Below, piece after piece: positions 49,740-61,374 of a DNA stretch of 64,000 bases. Both the position numbers and the translations under genes were made by a program. How positions within the stretch are numbered: position 1 is the stretch's first letter; each line of letters begins with the position of its first letter. The stretch comes from Octopus vulgaris (lineage: Eukaryota), in contig OX597818.1 in NCBI GenBank assembly GCA_951406725.2, positions 41,602,001 to 41,666,000 of the forward strand. Direction: 5' to 3'. The notes below the pieces were generated by a model, which saw only the letters and a list, made by a program, of their open reading frames with translations, did not search any database and was not told the DNA's origin.

Positions 49740-51420
49740 TATAAATCCTAGCGTTTTATGGGATAAATCTCAGTTTACCGAGATAGATCTTTCACGTTGT
49801 GATGGCAAACGCTTGTTCCATGAACACATGTATTTATTTAGTTTGCCGTAAAATCAGAGTACCAAACTCTAAATATTACTACAGTATGCGCTTTCTCCTC
49901 TCAATGCTATAAGTTCAAACCTTACCCAATATGAATGACAAGGGGAGATAAGTTGACTATTCACCTCCCCTTACAAATATTCGTATAATTGTTTCACGTT
50001 TTAATTTCAATGTTCGGAATGAAAGATTTATGTCTGAATTCGTTTTTTGATGCGCATTAATATATAAAAAAAATACCATTTTTTTTTTTATATTCGAAAC
50101 ACATGCACACTATCTCACAAATATACAACAACAAAAATTACTAAAGACATATTGCAAAATATCGATTATATTTTAAATTTGATCGTATATTAAAAAATAA
50201 ACTGCAATTCAATTTTTCACTTATTTTTAATTGTTTTCTTTTTTTTTTTTTTTGAAGAAAATATAATTTCATAGAATTCATACGAACCATTTAAAAGCTA
50301 TTGTTATGCCACTGAAAATTATATATATAAAGGCTTAATTTGAGAATTAAAACAATACTGGAAAAAAAAATCATATGATTATGTGTATTTAAAGCAGCCA
50401 ATATGACTATCTCGACTCAGCGGTCATTGCTCCAATACAGTCTCATATATTGTATCAAAGCAAATATAACAAAAGTGAAAGTGAAACAATAGAATCCGTA
50501 GAAACTACTGATGGTCTGCACTGGAACATATGATGCACGAAAGGCTGAATAAATTAGTTCGCCGTGAAGAAGTGGAAATGGAGAACATTAAATGAAGGCC
50601 CATAATTTTGAATTATCTCCCCTTCACCTGATATCGGTTTCGTTTGGATTTTCATTGTAAAGTTTTTATTTTATTTATTTATTTTATCTTTTTGCTTTTG
50701 ATATCACGGTAAACAAAATTTAAAATTAGTATACTTACTTGCAACTATTCGTGAACAGATATTTTAAAAACGTTTATAAAGTCAATCAAATTCAAATATA
50801 AATCAATGAAATCTATCATTCTTACACATATGTCCGCTAATTAAAATTACAAGCAATTAAGAGATTGACTTGTTTTTCCCAAAATAAAAATAGTTATTTG
50901 AAATGCCCCAAAATAGCCAAGGTGACGCGAACTGAAGTAATTCGAACTAGAATCAAAATCAAGTCACCTGCGTGGTTATACTCTCCAACACTTACTTGGT
51001 CGCACTCTCTTTAACATAATTATTGTTCACATTAGCATATTTTCAATTATCTTTCATCCTTTATTTATTTTATTAGTTTATTTCTCATCAGTTCCAATGA
51101 AAGACACTGGTTTCTGACGTTGAAGAAGAAATTACTCTAATATACTTCATATTTCTAGTCCAGAATTCTGCATAGAAAGTTAATTTATCAATTCTTACAA
51201 AAATATTACAACAATGTTTAACATAATTAAATCTGCCACTTCCATATTTAGTATTTGATCTCATAAGAAAACGAAGTAAAATGTGCCAAAGCTGGTATAT
51301 ATGTTCTCTTTCTCTCTTTTGAAGTTTAAAATGTCATTTGCCACAGTAAATTAAACTAACTTGCAATTAACATTTGTCATATTACTAGCAAATGTGACTG
51401 ATCGGTAGGTGAGTTTTCAC
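49740..51420. promoter_or_regulatory. Second CpG-retaining region, candidate promoter
   Basis: Local rise in CG dinucleotides by eye, TE-poor, with several minus-strand donor-like sites (GTAAGT near 50735 and 50992, GTGAAG at 50627). Confidence 0.4.
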
Positions 51421-51904
51421 CAAGTAATTTTTTAAAGCATATGCTGGAGCCAATTAAAATATTATACAATGAATTATGTGGCAACAGAGACTTCTCTACA
51501 TCATCATCACTACCATAATTATTCATATTTTCATATGCAACACACTAGTTTATATTACATTATATAATTACATTAAAGAATATACTTAGTTCTAAATACT
51601 GAAGACTGACAACCAATGATACACAATACAGCTAAAAAGAAACTTTTTAAACATATTAGCAACTGTTCCATAACTTCATTTTTGTAACCGGTTAAATAAA
51701 CTTCGACATTGATTTCATAACAAACTGGGTGTAGTTGCTTACATACCATGACTGAATTGTGGAAAGTACTATATGCAATTTGAGCATGTTTTTGCTCACC
51801 TTCACTATCTGTGCAGTTTTTTTTTTTGTTTTTTTTGCCGACAGTAAGTTTCGAAGTGGCTATAGCTGAGATAGACGACACAGATTATGACAGTCAATGT
51901 CCTC

Positions 51905-52342
51905 TGGTGAACGGAGAATTGTCAAAGCATCAGACAAAATGCCTTGCAGTATTTCTTCTGGTCCTTTACGTTCTGAGTTTAAATCCTTTCTACTATAAAC
52001 ACAAGGCCTGAAATTTGGGGAGAGGGGTCCAGTCAATTAGATCAACCCCAGTGTGCAAATGGTACTTAATTTATCAACCCTGAAAGGATGAAAGGCAAAG
52101 TCAACCTCAGCAGAATTTGAACTCAGAAAGTAAAGACAGACGAAATACCGCTAAGCAGAAGGTGCGAGTTTGCCACCTTCTGAGTTTAGATCCTGCAAAG
52201 ATTAACTTTACCTTTCATCTCCCCAGTCAATAAATTATTTTAAATAATAAAATAAAGTACCGGCCAAGTACTGGAGTTGATTTAATCAACTAACTCCTAC
52301 CCCCAGATTCCAGGTCATTTGTCTATATTAGAAACAATTATT
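51905..52342. mobile_element. Nested family A SINEs: a minus-strand copy (51988-52177) inserted into an older plus-strand copy
   Basis: 17-bp TSD ttctgagttta(a/g)atcct at 51971-51987 and 52178-52194 duplicates the B-box region of the host SINE. Confidence 0.8.
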
Positions 52343-53724
52343 GTTGGTGGATATCCTAACACAGTGATTAAAGTGAGTAAGGTTACAGATTTGAAGTTGT
52401 GTGCGCATGTGCACAGTATGCTATGTTTGTCTTGACAGAGTGAGAAGAATAGTGTCTAAAGGATACTGTTGTAGTGTTCTGGGGTTTTGTAGCATGGCTA
52501 AGTGTTTTGGGGATGATTATATCTGTAACCATAAAGACGAGAGCTGACATTGTTTCAATAAACAATGCCTCATGTATGTCCAAGTCTTTTATTTAGAGTA
52601 TTTTTCCTTATTTGATTTTTCTTCTTTTTAGTGTTGACCTACTCAATTGTACTAAATTCCCAGCCAAGGTCATTCTGTCATTGTTTTTAAAGCATAATGT
52701 ACTGGGAACTACATTGTCCATTATGTCCTGGGATTTCCTGAGGTTAGCTAAGATTCAGTTTGAATCAACTGCTAATTTTAGCAAGTGAAATTGTGTAATG
52801 CTTCTTTCATTAAACCAGACTACATGTATGTATTTAGAGATGTCGTTTAGCCCAGGTCAACCCTGATCAAGCAAATCCATGGTGCATAGAGCTACAAAAA
52901 ATTCATATATGATTCCTTTCATATGACTCACAATCAAATATGCTACCAAGTGAACTTTTTTAATATGAAAACATAGAAAAAAAAATAATACAGCATTCAA
53001 TTTATCAGTCGGCAAAAGCAAAAATCTATCAACATTATAGCAAACTACTTTTTCAAATTCTTTGAGGTTAAAGCAATCAAGTAAATATTAGTGATACATG
53101 TTCTAAAAAGCATAGTTCTAAGACAGCATATTATATCCAGTAAATAATCAGTTAGACAGTCTTAATAGTGTAATAAAATGCAAGCACTATAGTGGTTTGG
53201 TATTGGTAATTAGAATAACTGACAACCAATCTCTAATCCTACAAAAGTTGATAGCATAATATGAATAAAAGTATTGTTAGGACATTATAATTTGACTATA
53301 CTGCACAAATTGAGTCTTCAGATCGACCCAATTCTCCTTCAACCAACTACATCTGTATAATGGACATGTTTGATCAGAGCAAGTCAATTGAATATACCAA
53401 CAACATCTAGTTTATATTTACTACAAATACAAAGGACTTTACCAACCAGATTCAACCAGACTCTTATTTCAATTGCTGGAACCAAATCTATCAAATCTGC
53501 ATTGCTTGAAAAGCATGTCCAATACATGTCACAAAGTGGTTTGACCAACACATTGGTACACTGACTTACTAATAAAATGACAACCTGGACTACATAACTG
53601 CCAAACTTTAATGCCTACACAGCTAACTTTTACTTTTTCTATCTTCCACAAGCACAAATCATCAAAGAGTCAACACTGGCTGCACTTGTACAGACATATG
53701 TTTATGGAGCATGATAGAAAGCAA

Positions 53725-53890
53725 TCCAAATGGAAGGAAGACTGAGAAAGACATGGGAAGAAATAGTGAAAGCTAATGTCAGGAGGCTGAACCTCACAAA
53801 GGAGATAACAAACGGTCAGAACAAGTGAAAAATTGCCATGCAAGAAATAACCAATTACAGAAAAAAGAGAACAGATACAACAATGATGAA
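53725..53890 (+). mobile_element. Decayed RTE ORF C-terminal fragment
   Basis: Translates GRLRKTWEEIVKANVRRLNLTKEIT, similar to GRPRKTWDEVVKHDLQTLGLTEEMT in the 63254 ORF. Confidence 0.65.
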
Positions 53891-54199
53891 CCCATTACCT
53901 ATTACTCATCTATTGCAGATTTACTACTATTCAATGAGTTTGCTAAGGCTAAAAGTTACCCAACGACAGATAATACTTTCTGAAGGATAACAGTTACACA
54001 CCTCACCTGATCTCACTATGTTGGGCACACAAAAGTGAAACAATGAATTAAATGCAAGACACTTTGAAAATAAATGTGCTCCGAAATGCAATACAGAGAA
54101 GAAGAAAAAAACTACTGTAATGAATTAACACCTCTGGTCACCTCTCAACATTCTGTTGGTTACATTTGTGCCATAGGTCTGCTTGAACATGAATGTCAC

Positions 54200-54338
54200 A
54201 AACAGTCTTATTCAGGTTTATGCAAAAAAATATTGTTCTAGCGGAAGTAGAAGCAAAGGTGAGCAGCAGGAAAAAGTTAGCATAATACGTCATCATTTAC
54301 AAGTTATATAATATCGATGATATATTTTTTTAGTTATC
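54200..54338 (+). repeat. 139-bp direct repeat, copy 1
   Basis: 136/139 identical to 56792-56930 by manual comparison. Confidence 0.92.
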
Positions 54339-56068
54339 GTCACAAACTAATTAACAAGAGATGTTCAACTAAATTCAGAAAAAAACCTTGAACAAATTCC
54401 GGTTAACAGAGTTTTCAGAACCATTACGGAAGGTAAATATCTGGTAAGGGAAAAAATATTACTTTTACATTATAAAGCTACCAATTACTCACTATTAACT
54501 GAAGCTAATACATATATAATGTGTTAGAAATTCTAAAATATTTTATACTTCTTAATGTAGTAAAATCTATAGATACATCATTCTACTGTTTAACTTCATG
54601 TCACAACAAATGCAGCGTCTGTTGACATGGAAATGATATTAAACATTTTATGGTTCAGTCAGAAATTTTGAGACAAAATAGTTGATAAAATTCAACAGAT
54701 CTCTCCTTTGCAAGTATTAGATATTTTCTAGTATATATTTGTCTTTTTGCTAAATTTACTTGTCATAATTTTTAATGATAGCTACATTTGTGTTTTTTCT
54801 TAACTGCTGCTATTAAGCAGTGTTGTGACATTTTTCTTGTAACTATATTAATAAATTTATAATACAATAGATTTTTAAAAAATAAAAGAAAATATTCATA
54901 AAAATCTTCATTCTTCAACTTACCTCTTTTAGAACATCAAATTTAAGACTCCATTGTAACAATTAAGTAGAAGGTAAAAGACTAAAAAGCACAGAAGAAA
55001 AAGGTCATCTGAACATAAATTTCCACATAACCTAAAAAATAGAACACATCTACAACAATTTGATTTATATGTAATTATTGGCAATATATGAATGAACTGA
55101 CTATAAATTCCAGTTTAGAATTACCCTAATTTGAGATATTTCCATCATTCCTTGTCCCATGTCAAGATGAATTTAACATATATAAATTCCTTCTGTCTTC
55201 CACATTCATCCCCTATATTTATTTTAGATCAGTTTTAATTACTTATTTTCAAGTTTTCTCTAATCTACCTTTGTTTTTTTGCAACCACATGTAATAATCT
55301 ATGCCATGTGTTCACATTATGTTCATCATCATATTTAACACGTTTGTGGGTTTTCTTTCCTGTAAACATAGTGCATTTAATTCTTCGCTGCCTTGTTTGA
55401 ATCATATCAAATTCATAAAATTCTTTGTAACAGACACTGAATTTAGAGATAAAAGTCAGATATAACATTGGGTACAAAAATACATATGAATTGTTTAATA
55501 AAATACTAATTATGAAACACCTATCTGATAATATTAAAACTGTTGTAGTACATCTCATAGCAATGCAAATATATCAAATGCACATCAAGTGAAAATCCAG
55601 ACAAATTAAATGGATATGATATAAAGATTCATAAGCTAGTACTAATCCTCAGTTTTTATTGCAATAAATAGTTGATTAATAAATCCATTTGAATATGATA
55701 TTAATCTATTTCAAATTAATTTCTCTAGTAACCTGGCATTTATTTTCCAACTAAACTAAAACAAAAAATGTTCCTTTGACTAAGACAATCAAAATGCTTA
55801 CAATGAAATATGAACTGATGATCTGTGGACTTCATTTAATCAACCCAATGCCCCTCAGATATATACATACTCATGAAATGTATAATTTGATATTTATTTT
55901 CCATAATGGCATGGGTTAGACTGTTTGACAGGATATGATGAGCTGCAGGGTTGCATTGAACTTCACTGTCAGATACTAACACACACATTACACACATTAT
56001 ATATAGAGAGACAGAGATCCTCACAGGATCTGCCAAACCATAGGGCTGCAGCAGGTTCCAATGTCAGC

Positions 56069-56102
<34 letters not shown>

Positions 56103-56110
56103 TATATATA

Positions 56111-56342
56111 CCGGAGTAAGTACATAAATGTGAAACAAGGTGGAAAAAAGAGTACTCAAATACCAGAGGTAGAGTAATATGCTTTATTTAAAAGCAGCAG
56201 AAATATAACAAAAGCTGTTACTCAAGAGTTTCACGCTCTCCCATTCGTCGGACAGTTTTGTTAAAACTGTTCAACGAACGTGAACGTGAAACTCTGAGTA
56301 ACAGCTTTTGTTATATTTCTGCTGCTTTTAAATAAAGTATAT
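56111..56342. mobile_element. Palindromic element in a (TA)n tract, probably Penelope-like-element terminal repeat with hammerhead-like motifs
   Basis: Inverted arms 56177-56259 and 56263-56342 with a 3-nt spacer. Each arm reads CTGT-(C/T)C(G/A)ACGA-stemII-GAA-ACTC..GAGT-A-ACAG and carries AATAAA. The Penelope assignment is inference. Confidence 0.6.
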
Positions 56343-56791
56343 ATAGATATATATATATCCCAATACAGCCCTGCAGCTCATCAGATCCTGTCAAGCCATC
56401 CAACCAATCCCAACATGAGAAATGGATGTTAAATGATGGTGATAGATATATACATATATTTTCAGTGTCCTAAATCTTGATGATGAGCATATCTGGAATA
56501 CAGTTCATCCTACAGAAACTTAAGAATTGCATTCAGAAAGAGGTATTGGTAAGTACTAAGCTAGTGTTTTTGGTCTGAAGCACATGACTTCAGGTTCCAT
56601 GTATACAGAAATATACTGAGAACAAAGGTAATACAGGTCTTGATTTCAGTCTTGGTTGACATAGGTAGTTTCTATTTTGCTTATGCATGAATAAACTACA
56701 ATGAAAAACCCAGTCTTTAATGGTGAAACTGAAGTATGAAAGGCAGAGTGTTGTCTTGCATCATGACACTAGGCATATGTATCCTACATCA

Positions 56792-56930
56792 AAACAGTCT
56801 TATTCAGGTTTATGCAAAAAAATATTGTTCTAGCAGAAGTAGAAGCAAAGGTGAGCAGCAGTAAAAAGTTAGCATAATACTTCATCATTTACAAGTTATA
56901 TAATATCGATGATATATTTTTTTAGTTATC
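56792..56930 (+). repeat. 139-bp direct repeat, copy 2
   Basis: 136/139 identical to 54200-54338. Confidence 0.92.
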
Positions 56931-57905
56931 ATATAATCATGTGACTTAATATAGAAGAGTAATAGTTAAATTATGTTTAACAAATGGTGACATTCCTACA
57001 GCTTCTCTCTAAGAATCCTGTTCTATGTGTCCTCTTATAGACACTACCATTTAAATTCTCTATTACATAATGCATTAAAAAAAAAGCACAATTATAATGT
57101 CCTTACATTAATGACTTGTATTTAGAGCCAAAACAAGAGATACATATGAAGAGGGAGGGAATAACATTATTTAATAAAACAAACTGGATAAACAGGACTA
57201 GATTCAGAGAAAATAAGCTTCCTAATGATCCTTCTTCACAGATATTCTCAATGTAATTGACATTCAACTTCACTGGATTCATTTATCAATAAATTCTAAG
57301 AACATGATGCATGCCATCATTAAGTTGTTTTATAACTTTATTCCTAGTTAGGAGAGTAACAGAAATAGAGTTAAATTCCTTGATCAAGGTCATAATTCAA
57401 AACCTGTAAAAAGAGAAAAACCATGTGATGATCCTACATGCTGACACCTACCCAACTTGGTTACAATGTTGTGGTTTATAGCTTACATCACGTTCAGTTC
57501 CTAAAGTCATCTTCAAAGTACTAGAGCATGTTTGGTGTAGCTTAATTTCGGAAGTAAACAAGAACATTTCTTTTTGGTATTGTCTTTTTCTTTTTAGTCG
57601 TACTACAGCAATAAATTTCGGAGTAGAGCTCATAATTCAACACAGGTATGTGAGTTAATAAAAGTGGTTCAGTGAAGGCAAAGAGAAAAAGGAGAGAAAA
57701 AAAAAAACAGTTGATGGTAAAAATACAGTGATTATGATTAGCAGACAATTCCGATGTTCACTGTAAGATAGACAGATTCCTCTGAATGAATGACACAAAT
57801 TTGCTAATCCAGTTTGTCATTGGATAACAGCATCTATAAACATACAATAGAGAAGAGAACCCAACAAACAAATTCCACACTACATTGTTCTGAACAATTT
57901 CACAT

Positions 57906-58305
57906 AGGTGAAGAAGTGGCTGTATGGTAAGTAGCTTACTTACCAACCACATGGTTCCAGGTTCAGTCCCACTGCCTGGCACCTTGGGCAAGTGTCTTCT
58001 ACTATAGCCTCGGGCCGACCAAAGCCTTGTGAGTAGATTTGGTAGACGGAAACTGAAAGAAGCCCATCGTATATATGTATATATATATATATGCTTCTGT
58101 GTCTGTGTTTGTCACCCCAACATCACTTGACAACCGATGCTAGTGTGTTTACATCCCCATAACTTAGCGGTTTGGCAAAAGAGACCAATAGAATAAGTAC
58201 TAGACTTACAAAAAATAAGTTCTGGGGTCGATTTGCTTGACTAAAGGCGGTGCTCCAGCAGCAAGACCACAGTCAAATGACTGAAACAAGTAAAAGAGTA
58301 AAAGA
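57906..58305 (+). mobile_element. tRNA-type SINE, family B, near full length
   Basis: A-box-like GTGGCTGTATGG, B-box-like GGTTCAGTCCC, CORE-like GGCACCTTGGGCAAGTGTCTT, internal (TA)n and a (TAAAAGAG) tail; several copies in the window. Confidence 0.88.
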
Positions 58306-58542
58306 AGAGAGATAAAAAAAAAAAGAATTACCATTACAGCAAAGAATCAGATTAACTCTTTAGATAACAAGATTGATATTAAGTAATTTGAATATCATTT
58401 GGTTACATCTCTAGTGATACTCTGGTTAAGTTTCCCTGACCCTGTACCATACTCCAATGTTTTACTTGGCACACGACCACTTCTCTCAGTTTCTCTCAGC
58501 AGAGATGTCCTTGTCTTGCAAGCCACTTGGCAACACTGTAGG

Positions 58543-58774
58543 CACTGGTACCATGTAAAAAGGACCCATGTTGGCACCACATAAAAGGCACTTGTGTTGG
58601 TACCATGTAAAAACACCTGTGTTGCAGAACGTAAAAAGCACCCATGTTGGTATCACATATAAAGCATCCGTGTTGGCACCACGTAAAAAGTACCCATGTT
58701 GGTGTCACGTAAGAAGCACTCGTACCACTGCCAGGTAAAAAGCACCCCTGCTGCTGTCATATAAAAATAACCAG
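58543..58774 (+). repeat. Minisatellite, ~9 x 25-27 bp, consensus TGTTGGCACCACGTAAAAAGCACCCA, within an RTE-type 3' UTR (~58395-58938)
   Basis: Units counted by eye; the unit matches the GGCACGTAAAAAGCACC-type motif of the RTE 3' UTR; followed by the RTE tail ending (TGA)n. Confidence 0.85.
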
Positions 58775-59224
58775 TACCCTCAATAAAGTGGCTGGCATTG
58801 GGAAGGACATCCCGCTGTAGAAACCATACCAAAAAAAATTATGATTGGAGCCTGGTGCAGCCCTCCAGCTAGCCGGCTCCTGTCAAACAGTCCAACCTAT
58901 GCCAGCATGAAAAATGGACTTAACTGATGATGATGATGGAGGGTAGGAGAAGTATTGAAGAACAGAATAGGTGTCTTGCATTAGAGGAGAAACTTAACTG
59001 CCTCAGGTGGAGAGAGTAGAGAGAGAAGATGGTAAAGATGTGACAAGGAGGAGGCAGGGCCCATACACCCAAGTTACTGGGAGGCATGCATAGTGAAGTG
59101 GATCAGAGATTGGAGAAAGTGAATGTAGTGAGTGGGCACAAGTAGAGAGAGGACGGGTATTAGGAGAATATTTTGTGGGAAAGAGATTCAACAAGGATAT
59201 ATCGTGTGCACACTCACACATAAA

Positions 59225-59462
59225 ATGTGTGGTAGGTGTGTTATCATGTGTTAATTGTAAGCAAGTGTCACCCTTATGCAAGCAATGTCCCTAATTTGCA
59301 CTCTTCCATGAAAACATGTCTGGTCATGGGGAAATATTACCTTATTTGGAAACAGGTAAGGGTTGGTGACAGGAAAGACATATGGCCATAGAAAATTCAC
59401 CTCAACAAATTTCATCTGACTCATGCTAGCATGGAAAAGTGGACGTTAAAATGAAGATGGTG
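59225..59462 (+). mobile_element. SINE family B 3' half with RTE-type tail
   Basis: cttccatgaaaacatgtctggtcatggggaaatattacctt...catgctagcatggaaaagtggacgttaaaatga. Confidence 0.75.
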
Positions 59463-60168
59463 TTAACTTGTGGATATTTTGATGTATACAATGTCAAGGG
59501 TAGGATCAAATAAGATTTTTGTTTTTTATCGAAACACACGGACCTTATAGAGTGACTCTATTATTCACTGATATTTAAATATCAATCAGTTTTAAAAAAA
59601 AGAAAATCATAGTGGCTTACTAAATACTCTAATGTCAATGGTAAAATCCTTACTGAGAAGAGCATTTAGAATCTCGTCCACAAACAAAGCACACTGAATA
59701 AAACAAACACTAATCAACATATTCTAACAAACTAATTGACCAAGCTATTGAGCAATACAAGAAATATACTTAAATAAATAAGATACTGCACCTGTTGAAA
59801 GTACAGAAACCATATATGGTGGTGAATGAATCAAATGCATACTAACAATGAAAAAGAAAAACATATCAAAAATCTTGTAAAACAAGAAAAAAAGTCCTGT
59901 ATGCCTAACAAATCTAGATCAGTAATAGATGACAAAAACACAAAATATTTCTTATAAAGAACTATAAATATATAAATCCACAACCAAGTCAACTATGATT
60001 GAATTGATTTACAAATTCAGTTACAAACATGAAATTCATAAACTTCACTACAAACTGTTGCTTTGGTCCTTCAAGTAAAGCACTTTCTCATGGGCTGAGC
60101 ATGTAGTTACAACTAGGAGCAACTATAGTAACAATACAAAACAATATCAGATAGGGAAATAACACACC

Positions 60169-60557
60169 TGGCATAGCTGTATGGTTGAGAAGCTTGCTTC
60201 CCAACCATATGGTCTTGGGTTCAATTTCACTGCATAACACCCGGGGGAAATGCCATCTACTGTAGCCTCAGGTGAAGTAAAGCTTTGTATGAATTTGGTA
60301 GACAGAAACTGAAAGAAGCCCTTCATGTGTGTGTAGCTTTGTTTCGATATGTGAAAAGAAACATCACCATCATACAAGTAATGTTTATTTCTAGTCTTCC
60401 ATGAAAAATATGACTGGCCATGGGAAAATATTACCTTACTTGGAAATAGATGAGGGATAGTAACAGGAAGGGAACCCAGCTATAGAATATGTACCTCTCT
60501 AGATACCATCTGACTCATGCAGACATGGAAAAGTTGGCATTATATGATGATAATGAT
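60169..60557 (+). mobile_element. SINE family B variant with RTE-type tail
   Basis: Head homologous to 57906; tail homologous to 59300-59460. Confidence 0.8.
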
Positions 60558-61153
60558 ATACTATAGAATTCCCCACAAAAAAAGTGATTAACGTGGGCAG
60601 CAATGGACAGCCCAATACTAAAGTAAACATACATACAGCATTCATTAGTCACAAACAAAAGTAAGCATTATCTCTAATGCCCAAAATTAAAATTTCAGTA
60701 CTAACATTTATCATAACTGGTGTTGCCTGAATGTCTAGAAACAATGAAAGAATTGGGAACTTTATACTGGAATCAGCTCATACATAACTAAGAACACCTA
60801 GATGAAAAGGATATAGCTAGTCATGCATTTAATGCATCACTAGTTACGTCCATATCCTTCCTTTAAGACAGTAGGGTGCAATTTAAGAGAGATTTATCTG
60901 TTATTTATCACTGTCAAGTTGTAACCTCAGGTCATCTCAGTTCATGCAGTCCTAAAGCACACACACACAATTGGTTGAGCAACAAGGCATGATACACAAA
61001 TTCTTCACAGTCAGACCATGTCTCCACCTAATTGAAGACCGTACTGCACAATTTGAACGCAGTGCTCAATTGTACGGATTACATGTCACAGTCTGCACAT
61101 GTTGCAGATCTTCCACTGTCCAATCTATTTCCATACTCTTAGATTTTGATTAC

Positions 61154-61374
61154 CTATTTCTTTACTACCCACAAGGGGCTAAGCGCAGAAGGGACATACA
61201 AAGACAAGCATAGGTATTAAGTCGATTACATTGATCCCAGTGCGTAACTGGTACCTAATTTATCGACCCCGAAAGGATGAAAGGCAAAGTCAATCTCGGC
61301 GGAATTTGAACTCAGAACATAATGGCAGACGAAATACGGCTACGCATTTCGCCCGGCGTGCTAACGTTTGTGCC
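61154..61374 (-). mobile_element. SINE family A with perfect 13-bp TSD
   Basis: Reverse-complement homolog of 9195-9415; TSD agattttgattac at 61141-61153 and 61375-61387. Confidence 0.9.

Noticed and set aside
39769-51408. Identical 13-mer GACTGATCGGTAG at 39769-39781 and 51396-51408, one in each CpG zone
   Set aside because: Tens of 13-mer matches are expected by chance in 64 kb; there is no independent support for a binding site.
57906-57985. tRNA gene (also 9195, 43435, 60169)
   Set aside because: A/B-box-like heads continue into SINE bodies and no cloverleaf is evident.
58543-58774. CRISPR-like array
   Set aside because: The units are contiguous and degenerate with no unique spacers, there are no cas genes, and the context is a eukaryotic retroelement 3' UTR.
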